Positions 55,622-64,000 of a stretch of 64,000 bases of DNA are shown one piece after another; the stretch's first letter is position 1, and every line of letters starts with the position of its first letter. The DNA lies in the sequence record DRR723986_2455. One strand, 5' to 3'. A program made the translations under genes and the position numbers. The notes under the pieces are model-generated. The model did not search any database. It had not been told where the DNA came from and worked only from the letters and a program-made list of their open reading frames with translations.

Positions 55622-56599
55622 TCAAGCCTTTGGGTTTTGCATCGCCAATGTATAGCCGTACCAGCTCTCGAAGTCGCCGTCGAAGCTCCCATTGCAAGCT
55701 TGGTCTTTTACCATAGTCAAAAAGGATCGACGCTCCTTCTCTGAAGAGAGATTCAGAGCAGGCTCAACATGATTGGCAGTGACAATAAAACCAGCGCCAT
55801 TAGCCTCGCAACAGTAGAGTCCCGTGTCCTCAATATCACTTACGGCCACCACTAATGCATTGTATTCCTCTGGGCCATCAGGGTCTGCCAGTTCCAAGAA
55901 AAGGGCTAAATCCTTCGTGAAAAGGGGTTCTGGGTCAGACCAATCAGTATCCCTCTGACCCGACACTGATATACCCGTACATGAAAGTCCTCGCTTTCCG
56001 GCTTGGTGGGCAAGTGTTACTGCCGCCTCGAAATTGATCTGGTGTCCGGAGTAGACTCTATCTGGATGAGGCGTGCCTGAAAGACATCCAGTGGTAGAAA
56101 CTACGGTCTCAGATTTACCTATCAATACCCTCGGGTCTGATTCGTAGTCCGGAAACATAGGAAAATCTGCATTTGTCATAGCAATCTCGCCTGACAGTTC
56201 GTCCTCAATCTCCGAATTTCGCTCAATCAGAAGGTGCTCAATAATAAAATCACCAATGTCGTCATAGTAGTGGACTTCACCGCGAAGCAAGTCCTCGCTC
56301 TCAAGCCGTTCCACTAGGTAATTAGCAAGAGCTCGTGAATCGGGAAGGTCAGAAGGCAGATCTTTCAGGCCAGCTCTTCGAGCATCCATAAGTTGTAAAT
56401 CTGGCAAGAAAAATTCAGCGCTTGAGAGGTTGTTAATAGAGGGCCGTGTATCTGCAAGATTGGCAGCATGGCTTTTGTAGCCAAACATTGCTGCGACTAG
56501 CTCTCTCGCATGGCTGGCTTTTAACTTATTTCCAGGAGCCTGTTGCGCATAAAGTTGGCGCAAGGAATCTGAACAAGATTTAGACACATCTGTAGACAT
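55622..56599 (-). CDS. Hypothetical protein with KLKASHARELVAAMFGY N-terminal helical domain
   Basis: ggaga RBS; 325-aa ORF; N-terminus resembles the small Glyoxalase_8-like domain seen in mobile elements. Confidence 0.7.
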   Translation of the reverse strand: MSTDVSKSCSDSLRQLYAQQAPGNKLKASHARELVAAMFGYKSHAANLADTRPSINNLSSAEFFLPDLQLMDARRAGLKDLPSDLPDSRALANYLVERLESEDLLRGEVHYYDDIGDFIIEHLLIERNSEIEDELSGEIAMTNADFPMFPDYESDPRVLIGKSETVVSTTGCLSGTPHPDRVYSGHQINFEAAVTLAHQAGKRGLSCTGISVSGQRDTDWSDPEPLFTKDLALFLELADPDGPEEYNALVVAVSDIEDTGLYCCEANGAGFIVTANHVEPALNLSSEKERRSFLTMVKDQACNGSFDGDFESWYGYTLAMQNPKA

Positions 56600-57049
56600 A
56601 GGATCATCTCCAAACCAACGCTGGACTAGACGTGTAGCAGTGGGCGTTTAAACACTACACCTGCCAGCGAATTGGCAAAGGTGATGTCCTTCGTAGAGGT
56701 ATTTCCGCTGTCTTTTTGGCCGCACACAACCATGGCAATCAGCTCCTGTTTTAAGCATACGGATTGCTGGGGGTTTTGCAAGCGTAGGGAAACTCCCAAG
56801 CGGGGCATCTTGCCTACGGTATCAGTGCGAAAGAGGAGAGCAGCTTAATTTGCGTGACTCCTTTTCATCGCGACAAAGTGGGTAACTGGTCGCCCTAAAA
56901 AAACGGCAGGTAGGAGATCGTTGTCCTGGAGCTGGCTCGCCGGGTTGATCGTTTGCATGGCCTTTGGCCAAAGGGGGAGGCTTTCCATTCACTGTTTATT
57001 GGGAGTAAAGTGGGTCTAGAGTTCTTGCAGGCAGGGAAAGGATAATAGT

Positions 57050-57400
57050 GTGAAGGAATACAACCCAAACTCGTTTCTAGGGTCAGGCTACAAAAATTTA
57101 GACCTAAAATATATTTTTGACCACCTTCGGAATATAGGGATCGCAGCTGCAATTTTAATAGCAGGGGTCAACCTTGATCCGGATATGCTGAATAAAACAT
57201 TTCCGAATATCAATCTTAGTCCTGGGTGGTTTTCAATGGGACTTGTCTTCTTGTCACTGGTACTGCTGAGCCTCAATTTTGCACAGCTGCTGTATATATC
57301 CGCTAAGAAAGGCACGAGGATGTCGGCTTCAATTTCCGCATTCCTGTCGCTGCCATTATATTTTCTAACTGCGCTGATCTATATGGCATACGTTTCTTGA
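57050..57400 (+). CDS. Small hypothetical membrane protein (about 3 TM)
   Basis: Three hydrophobic stretches in a 116-aa ORF. Confidence 0.6.
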   Translation: MKEYNPNSFLGSGYKNLDLKYIFDHLRNIGIAAAILIAGVNLDPDMLNKTFPNINLSPGWFSMGLVFLSLVLLSLNFAQLLYISAKKGTRMSASISAFLSLPLYFLTALIYMAYVS

Positions 57401-57468
57401 ACTGGCATTTCCATGTGATCTGGGATTTCAAAGCATTAATATAGCTGGTCGAGCGAAACGAGGGCTGT

Positions 57469-57672
57469 GTGATGGAGTCGGAACGATACAAAGTAATGCT
57501 TAAGGCTGCCACGCATCTCATGGACGGCGATGAGGAGGCTGCAAAGCAATGGCTGGCTAGTCCACAGGATCTTTTTAGTGGTGCGGCCCCAGAAGTCCAT
57601 GGGGAAAGTGATGTGGGCCTGCAGGAAGTGCTCCAATTAATAGGAAGATTGGAGCACGGAGTGTTCTCATGA
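57469..57672 (+). CDS. Xre/MbcA/ParS antitoxin C-terminal domain (DUF2384) only
   Basis: GDEEAAKQWLASP..G.AP..VLQLIGRLEHGVFS signature; no HTH, no RES toxin. Confidence 0.8.
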   Translation: MMESERYKVMLKAATHLMDGDEEAAKQWLASPQDLFSGAAPEVHGESDVGLQEVLQLIGRLEHGVFS

Positions 57673-57739
57673 GTTGAAGGCCGTGGCTAGTTGCTGTTAG
57701 TCCTCTTTCTCGGTCTTTGCGCTTGGTGCCAAAGAGTGT

Positions 57740-58165
57740 TCAGGTTCCTGGCTTCATATAATTTCTGGCCTCAAATATCACCCTGCTGATACTGCCTCCG
57801 CTAATAATATGTTCAGCAGGTGATTTTCCGTCTATTCCTTCGGACAGAAAAAATATTATGGCTGATTCTTGGTCATTCTTGTCTGGAAATGCGGAGATAA
57901 TATCCGGTAAATGCGCTTGAATTGTCGAAATAAACTGAAATTTTGGTAAGCGGTATTCAGTGCCGTGAAGCTGGTAAACGAGAAGTCCGTTCTGCTTAAT
58001 TTTCCTTATGATTTCCGCCGGAGATAGCGACAACTCACCGGCGGCCTCTTCCATCGATAATGCGCCGCCATTGTTCTGTACAAGAGTGTGAAATCTGTCA
58101 GTGCCTGTCATCAAAGCGGAGCTGATTAAATCGTCACAGTCGCCTTTTCTGTCCCTCATATCCAT
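57740..58165 (-). CDS. HTH protein resembling MbcA-like antitoxins
   Basis: LSMEEAAGEL HTH, YRLPKFQF, FFLS..IDGKSPAEHI. Confidence 0.55.
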   Translation of the reverse strand: MDMRDRKGDCDDLISSALMTGTDRFHTLVQNNGGALSMEEAAGELSLSPAEIIRKIKQNGLLVYQLHGTEYRLPKFQFISTIQAHLPDIISAFPDKNDQESAIIFFLSEGIDGKSPAEHIISGGSISRVIFEARNYMKPGT

Positions 58166-58301
58166 TTTTTTCCATTGTGCAATGGCCTACTGTGTAGCAG
58201 GGCTCTCACATTCACTAAAAATGACTCGACCCGTGAAGATATAACCGCTGGACATCAAGGTTTGGCGGCGCTAATCCGCACAATTATCGCAGCGGAATTG
58301 T

Positions 58302-58506
58302 TGTTTTCAGAAGCTATTTGAAAATCATGTCACAAAATAAATAACAAGAAAATGACTAAAGTAAATCGATAAATTTAAAGAACGTAGTCATGTCATAAGT
58401 CTTAAAGTTACTTTATAAAAATATCACACAGTTTGTATCTATATGTTTTTAAAAGATATTTGTTGAATGTGCTGATTTTCTTCTATATGTTTTAGAAAAT
58501 TATTTG
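58302..58506 (+). repeat. Three 19-bp direct repeats TGTTTTnnnAAnnTATTTG
   Basis: Copies at 58302, 58444 and 58488 in the AT-rich region upstream of the regulator/tns operon. Confidence 0.55.
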
Positions 58507-58519
58507 AAATTTTTTTCCT

Positions 58520-58765
58520 ATGGCTAATAGAGAGCGGATTAAGCAGGCATTTAGCGATAGCAACCTGTCAATTGCCGAATGGTCTCGGGAGAGGGGCTTT
58601 AGTGAAAGTTTGGTCTATCAGGTGCTGGCGGCGAAAAAGCTCCCGAAGCGGGGGCAAAGCTACGAAATAGCCGTGGCTTTGGGGTTAGTTGACCCATCTC
58701 GGGCGAGTGTGTCCGGGAAAGTGGCCGAGTTCGAAAGAAAAATTAAGGAGGGGCTTAGCGCGTAG
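58520..58765 (+). CDS. Phage-associated DNA-binding protein, BcepMu gp16 / Ner-like
   Basis: SIAEWSRERGFSESLVYQVL...RGQSYEIAVALGL. Confidence 0.8.
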   Translation: MANRERIKQAFSDSNLSIAEWSRERGFSESLVYQVLAAKKLPKRGQSYEIAVALGLVDPSRASVSGKVAEFERKIKEGLSA

Positions 58766-58931
58766 ATAAAGAAAAACCCGAAAAACTTGCGCTTTCCGGG
58801 CTTCCCGTGAGGTAGATACCTCGATCTAATCAATCTCAGTATCTCTCCTCGTTCGAAACCTGTCAAGCGTCCTATTCCCTGAATCAATGATTTGGGTCGA
58901 GCCCTCTTGGCCCAAAAAAGAGGACCATGTG

Positions 58932-61529
58932 ATGAATTCTATTAGAGCGGTGATCGAACAACCAAAAATGGCCGGCAAAATAACACCAGCAGGCCGTGCT
59001 TACATTGAGCGAGTGGCTAGAAATCCGCCCTCTCGAGCTGTCGGCGGAGGTATGTACAACAATGTAGTTTACTTCCCGTCTCGTAAGATGGGGTACGCGC
59101 TACATCTAGAAAGCTCTACCTTGGAATTAGCCTTCGCTATCTGGTGCGAGATACAACTTTCGGTACAGCGGTACTACACGCAACCGGAGCCGAGGCGGAT
59201 AAGGTACCAGTCTGCGTCGGGGCGTGTAGTCGGAAGTATGGTAACGCATGACTTCCTCGTCATTGGGGATGATGGCGTACAGTTCGTTGAGTGCAAGCCA
59301 AGTAGCGTGCTTGAGAAAAAACGCAAGAAGAATCCAACTAGGTATTTTGTTGATGAAGAGGGTCAATGGCAATGTGCAGCGTCAAAGCAGGACGCATCCA
59401 CGCTCGGCTTTGAGCATCGCATCGTAACTGAAAAATCTCTTAGCCAGAAATTGGTTCGTAACGCCGATATTTTAAAATCGCATGTTTTGCATATGGACTA
59501 TGCATTCGAGCCCGCAAGCCAGGCGCGAGATAATGTAGGTATACCCCCCAGCATAGAAATTATGACCCTTTTCGAATTATATGAGCAAGTGGGTCAGGAT
59601 GTAGCCTTGCAAGGAATTCTTGCTGGCCGTTGGTTTGTTGATCTCGAAAATTCGTTGCTTATTCACCCAGAGAGAGTGTGGGTATATTTCAATAAAAATA
59701 AAATGTTAATTCAAAGAAAGTTATCGGATTGCCGACGAATAATTGTAGAGAATATTTACGATCTCGAGAGCGCCAGGACGGTTTTTTGGGATGGCAATTC
59801 CTGGGACATTGTGAATTTTAATGTCACGTCTAAGGCTATCACGCTTTGCTCATCATCGTCTGTTCTTCGTTTAGAGGGTGACGAATTGGAAAAGCTAATT
59901 GCAAAGCGGGCGTTTTCAAAGTCCAGCCCTTCTTCTCAAGCCGTCATTAATGAAAAGCTAATCCATGCAAAAGACGCTGACATAGAAGAGATGTTGCGGC
60001 GTGCAGAGATGGTAAATGGGAAAAATAGTTCTGCTTCAGTAAGAACCGTCCAACGCTACAAACGATCTTTCTTCGAGGCGGAGGAGGATTTTGGTAATGG
60101 CCTAGTTGGTTTGTTGCCGCGTCATCCTGCGAAGGGGAATCGTACGCGTCGGCTTTGCGACGATACCGAAGCATTGATGAAGAAGATTATTGAAAAAAAA
60201 TATCTGAAGAAAAACGGTGGCTCTGTGCGCAATTCGTACATATTGTACCTTGCTATCGCGCGGCGGATGAATCTTCAGGAAGTCACTTACAATACTTTCC
60301 ACTCGCGGGTAACGAAAATCTGTCAGAGAAGGCGGGTATCCCTTCGTGAGGGTGTAAAGGCTGCCTACCAGATGGCGCCCGCCGGTCGTTTGGAAATTGA
60401 AGAATCGCGGCCGCCCGACGGAGACTTCGCATTCCAGATTGCTCACATCGACTCCACGCCAATTGAGCTTTCAATGGTGTCATCGATTAACGGTAAAGCT
60501 ATAGGGAGTCTATGGCTGACCGTGATGGTTGATGCGTACTCTCGACATCCGCTCGCCTTCACCCTTTCTCCCCACAAGCCGTCTTTCCGCACGATAATGG
60601 AATTAATTATGAAGTGCTCGAAGCGTTGGTCGAGATTGCCGCTTACATTGGTGGTCGATCAAGGTTCTGAGCATAAAAATACATACCTGCAACAACTTTG
60701 TGCGTCTCTTGAGATAACTCTCTTCTACAGGGCTGCATCTGCAGCGCGAGTTGGGGCGCCGGTTGAGCGCCTGTTCGGTACTTCTCAGCAGCAGCTCATT
60801 CATCAGCTTGAGGGAAATAGAAAAAACATAAAAATGGGACGTGGAAAATCGCCATCACACGATCCACAAAAGCAAGCGTTGTGGTCGCCTACAGAATTTT
60901 CTCGGGTATTGGAGCATTGGGCCTTTTATGTTTACCCCGGATTGACACATTCCACAACAGCTGAATCTCCTGCAGAAAGGCTGGCCAGGTCAGATGGAAA
61001 ATTTCACAGGAAGCCAGGGGTGCCAGCAACATGGAACGAGGACTTTGAATTTCTCCTGTTACCGTCACCAAAAACTGGTCCAAGGACGATCACGGTGCGT
61101 GGGGTTACGATGTATGGCATTTCCTACCAGTTTACCCGGCCTGTCAATCCAGAGCGTTTGCCCAAAGAAAAAGTATTGATGAAATATAACCCCTTCAATC
61201 TTTCTTATTGTTATGTGCAAATCAATGGATTTTGGGAGCGGCTTGTCACCAATAATCCGATTGTACGCGAGTTTATAGAGGTCGGCTTTCCGCCGACAGA
61301 AATGGAAATTATTCCCTTGTTGAGAAAGCAAAAATCAGAATACGCATCTGTTCAAGATATTCAGATTGAATTTGTTTCAGAAGTCGAGGATTTTGAGCGG
61401 GAAATTTCAAAAGGCCAAGCGGTCTTGGAACACGCCAATAAGCATCGTGACGAGGTTCCATGCCGAAGAAACCTGCACGCTCCACGTCCAATCGACACGA
61501 ACAGCCTGCCGCTAGCTGACGAGCTATAG
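58932..61529 (+). CDS. tnsAB: Fused TnsA-TnsB transposase
   Basis: N-terminal TnsA nuclease (PSRKMG..ES..E..YYTQP..DFLV..VECK); DDE core (HIDST, VVDQGSE, VERLFGT); single frame; gagga RBS before ATG 58932. Confidence 0.88.
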   Translation: MNSIRAVIEQPKMAGKITPAGRAYIERVARNPPSRAVGGGMYNNVVYFPSRKMGYALHLESSTLELAFAIWCEIQLSVQRYYTQPEPRRIRYQSASGRVVGSMVTHDFLVIGDDGVQFVECKPSSVLEKKRKKNPTRYFVDEEGQWQCAASKQDASTLGFEHRIVTEKSLSQKLVRNADILKSHVLHMDYAFEPASQARDNVGIPPSIEIMTLFELYEQVGQDVALQGILAGRWFVDLENSLLIHPERVWVYFNKNKMLIQRKLSDCRRIIVENIYDLESARTVFWDGNSWDIVNFNVTSKAITLCSSSSVLRLEGDELEKLIAKRAFSKSSPSSQAVINEKLIHAKDADIEEMLRRAEMVNGKNSSASVRTVQRYKRSFFEAEEDFGNGLVGLLPRHPAKGNRTRRLCDDTEALMKKIIEKKYLKKNGGSVRNSYILYLAIARRMNLQEVTYNTFHSRVTKICQRRRVSLREGVKAAYQMAPAGRLEIEESRPPDGDFAFQIAHIDSTPIELSMVSSINGKAIGSLWLTVMVDAYSRHPLAFTLSPHKPSFRTIMELIMKCSKRWSRLPLTLVVDQGSEHKNTYLQQLCASLEITLFYRAASAARVGAPVERLFGTSQQQLIHQLEGNRKNIKMGRGKSPSHDPQKQALWSPTEFSRVLEHWAFYVYPGLTHSTTAESPAERLARSDGKFHRKPGVPATWNEDFEFLLLPSPKTGPRTITVRGVTMYGISYQFTRPVNPERLPKEKVLMKYNPFNLSYCYVQINGFWERLVTNNPIVREFIEVGFPPTEMEIIPLLRKQKSEYASVQDIQIEFVSEVEDFEREISKGQAVLEHANKHRDEVPCRRNLHAPRPIDTNSLPLADEL

Positions 61530-61547
61530 ATTCTAGAGGACATCAAT

Positions 61548-62627
61548 ATGATTTCTCAAAAAACACTTATCGATATTGATAAATACCATTTCGATCACGA
61601 CCATTTGATCCGGGCTCGTTGGGAGCTGTCTTGTCAGATACAGTGTGGCTTGCAGCACCAATTTGCGCTAATTCTTGGCCCCTCTGGCGTGGGCAAAACG
61701 AGTTTGCTGAACTATTTCGCGAAGAAGCTAACTGAGTACAGGATGGCTCCGGAGTTCACGGAGAGAAAGTCACCTCCAATCCTGCTAAACGCTCCAGCCC
61801 GCGTGCGCGGCTCCTTTCAATGGAAGCCGTTCCTCACTGATCTTATATCCAAGCTTGGAGCCGATATGGGTGCCATTTACGACTTGGACAGACATGTCAG
61901 TGATCTGACGTTGTATGCGGCCAAGCAAGTGAGGGTTGGGTTTAAGAAGCCGCAGGTCGAAACTTTGCATGATTTAGCAGCCAGCTTGATAGACGCGCAA
62001 AAGCCATTGGCAATATTCATCGATGAAGGTCAGCACTTTAGTAATTCTGGGACTGACGATCAGCGACGTGAAGACGTCGACCGACTTAAGACATGCGTTA
62101 ATGATTTTAACACTAAGTTGGTTCTGGCTGGGACCTACGAGGGAATGGGGTTAATTGACTATAGTGAGCAAGTCGCAAGGCGAAACTCGCTGATAGAATT
62201 TCCTCGCTATGGCAAATCTGATGTTGAGCTTAAAGCTTATGCCCAATGGTATGTTTCAGTCTGCAAAAAGGTGGGGATAGATGTGCGCTTGCCGCCGCTC
62301 AATGACCCTGAATACGTACAGCACTATACCCTAGGTGTGCCTGGAATATTCACAAGCTGGCTTCAAGACGCGGTAAGCAATAGTCTGATGTGCGAGAAGA
62401 GTTCTGTTACAGAAAAAGCTTTAATTAGCACAAGACCCCATCCCAGGAAGTTAAAAGTCGCGTACGATAAAATCAGCCAGTATGAGCAGTATAACAATAT
62501 CAGCTTCGATCAACTCTGTGACTTTGATCTTATCCCTTCTCCCGGTGAGGCTAGCGATGGGGTGTCTCGGAAGAGGTCAAAGCCTGGTCGGCGTCTCCCA
62601 ACACGAGATCCGATAGGGCGTAGTTAA
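61548..62627 (+). CDS. tnsC: TnsC AAA+ ATPase
   Basis: Walker A GPSGVGKT, Walker B IFIDEGQH, QVARR arginine finger. Confidence 0.88.
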   Translation: MISQKTLIDIDKYHFDHDHLIRARWELSCQIQCGLQHQFALILGPSGVGKTSLLNYFAKKLTEYRMAPEFTERKSPPILLNAPARVRGSFQWKPFLTDLISKLGADMGAIYDLDRHVSDLTLYAAKQVRVGFKKPQVETLHDLAASLIDAQKPLAIFIDEGQHFSNSGTDDQRREDVDRLKTCVNDFNTKLVLAGTYEGMGLIDYSEQVARRNSLIEFPRYGKSDVELKAYAQWYVSVCKKVGIDVRLPPLNDPEYVQHYTLGVPGIFTSWLQDAVSNSLMCEKSSVTEKALISTRPHPRKLKVAYDKISQYEQYNNISFDQLCDFDLIPSPGEASDGVSRKRSKPGRRLPTRDPIGRS

Positions 62628-62630
62628 TCG

Positions 62631-63929
62631 ATGTCGCTCTATGCAAAGTATGGGTTCGTTTTTTGCGAACCCATAATTGAACCGGGTAGCGACGTTGAGC
62701 TAATGTCTAGCTACTTGTCCAGGTGTGCAAATGTCAATTTCACCAGCACTTCACATCTTATTGCATCATTGGAAAAAGCAATGGTGCATCGACGAGCGCG
62801 TGGAAAGAAATCAAAACGTTCACAGGGTGATATGTACAATGTAAATGGAATTGGCCCGCTTGCCAACGATGCTGTAGACGCGTTAGCTGGTGTCGAAGAC
62901 CTGAATATAGATTTTAGAAATTTGACTTTAATCAAGTGGAGGCCATGGGTCGATTTCCGATTGCATGGAGTACTTCGGCCTAACAGGATGTGGTGTGCTC
63001 AATGCTGGGCTGAAGATATTGACCGAGGGATTGACCCTTATATACGACTTCTCTGGTCACTTCATTCTGTCACTGCCTGCTACAAACACAAATGTTTTTT
63101 GGAAGATCGTTGCCCGAAGTGCGATTCCTTGCAGGACATCGTTACTTCGTTTCCGCGACAATGGTATTGCTTTAGGTGTGGAAACGACCTCCTATCAGAT
63201 GGGCAGGATATGAAGGGCGCCGGCGACGAGGCTATGTGGAAATCCCGAGGTATCGCAAGTCTAATTGATGCGGCTATCTGTGATGAAAACCGCCTTAGTC
63301 TGCAAAACCTTGGGAAGAATTTGCTATTTGTTGCGGATAATGTGTTGGACGGGGATATGACTGAGCTGGGTGAGGTGTGTGGCAACGATCTTCTCGAGGA
63401 GGGATTTTACTCTAGCTACAAAAGACTTCATTTTCAGCGAATTGTGGATGTCGCTTATCGGTTGCAGATCAGTCCCGATCAGCTATTGGGGCCAAATTTT
63501 GTAATAACTACGCCACATGAATGGAGGCCGGCAGCGTCGCGTACCAAGTACCGAAAATCTCCAAGAAAAATCGATACCGTCTTGATAAGAGAGAATATCA
63601 ACAAGTGCCTGAGCGCCCCCGAAGCTATAAGCCTGAAAAATTTTTGTAAAGACAATGACATGTATCCCGAGGTATTTCGAGGCCATTTTCCAAAGTCTGC
63701 GGAATTGATTCAACAGCGATATTCACGTAAGAAGAAATTTCAGCGGCTTTTCTCGCGTCTTCAACGGGCGGGGAAAATATACCAGGCATCATTTGACATG
63801 ATTTCTCAAGGGAGCTGCCCAAGTGAGCGCAGCTTGAGAGAGAAAACCGATCTTAAAGCCAGTGATTTTCGGCGAGATGACGTAAAACGGCTTATCGCGC
63901 AGATACAGGAAAAGTTCGGGAAGGCTTGA
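62631..63929 (+). CDS. tniQ: TniQ/TnsD target selector
   Basis: E.MSSYLSR.A..N, WCAQCW, CYKH..LEDRCPKC, CFRC zinc motifs; extended C-terminus. Confidence 0.88.
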   Translation: MSLYAKYGFVFCEPIIEPGSDVELMSSYLSRCANVNFTSTSHLIASLEKAMVHRRARGKKSKRSQGDMYNVNGIGPLANDAVDALAGVEDLNIDFRNLTLIKWRPWVDFRLHGVLRPNRMWCAQCWAEDIDRGIDPYIRLLWSLHSVTACYKHKCFLEDRCPKCDSLQDIVTSFPRQWYCFRCGNDLLSDGQDMKGAGDEAMWKSRGIASLIDAAICDENRLSLQNLGKNLLFVADNVLDGDMTELGEVCGNDLLEEGFYSSYKRLHFQRIVDVAYRLQISPDQLLGPNFVITTPHEWRPAASRTKYRKSPRKIDTVLIRENINKCLSAPEAISLKNFCKDNDMYPEVFRGHFPKSAELIQQRYSRKKKFQRLFSRLQRAGKIYQASFDMISQGSCPSERSLREKTDLKASDFRRDDVKRLIAQIQEKFGKA

Positions 63930-64000
63930 CTGGGTAAAGGCTGGTGAGAAGTCAGGTGTAGTGATAAGCCATGACAGAGCCTAGGCTAAAAAATAATATA

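Larger units (their letters stand above)
52264..64000 (+). mobile_element. Tn7-like transposon (TnsAB fusion-TnsC-TniQ), extends beyond window
   Basis: Terminal TGT plus repeated putative TnsB sites; tns genes; visibly AT-richer than the core; accessory cargo. Confidence 0.82.

Noticed and set aside
58299-58400. Second transposon end directly upstream of the tns operon
   Set aside because: TGT is present, but the local repeats do not match the 16-mer at 52274-52406; treated as promoter/operator sequence
52264-64000. CRISPR array or cas genes (CAST)
   Set aside because: No repeat-spacer periodicity or Cas-like ORF visible in the window; cannot be excluded downstream

Overview
Chromosomal window from a gammaproteobacterium. 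Gene order is Pseudomonas-like, but EF-P is the Lys/EpmAB type; a Cellvibrionales-like marine lineage is my inference only. 1-39.6 kb is mostly core genome: infB end-rbfA-truB-rpsO-pnp; a DUF3015/DUF4105/hydrolase trio; slyD; parC; serB; fimX-fimW; epmB-efp-epmA; psd; rhodanese; rsgA; orn; a GDSL autotransporter; and queG through nnr-tsaE-amiB-mutL-miaA-hfq-hflXKC-hisZ-purA. 39.7-45.9 kb is a divergent porin / lipoprotein + TonB-receptor locus with PHO boxes correctly spaced to -10 elements on both strands. 46-52 kb holds small accessory genes and a lipoprotein gene broken by one in-frame stop. From 52264 to the window end lies an AT-richer Tn7-like transposon. Its visible end is TGT plus four spaced 16-bp repeats, apparently inserted into a terminator. 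About 6 kb of cargo follows (three toxin-less antitoxin-like ORFs, a Cys-repeat secreted protein next to DUF5675, a gene with a structured leader), then a Mu gp16/Ner-like regulator, a natural TnsA-TnsB fusion, TnsC and TniQ. No CRISPR array, cas gene, tRNA or rRNA gene is visible, and the far end of the element is outside the window. All family calls are by eye from motifs; no searches were run.
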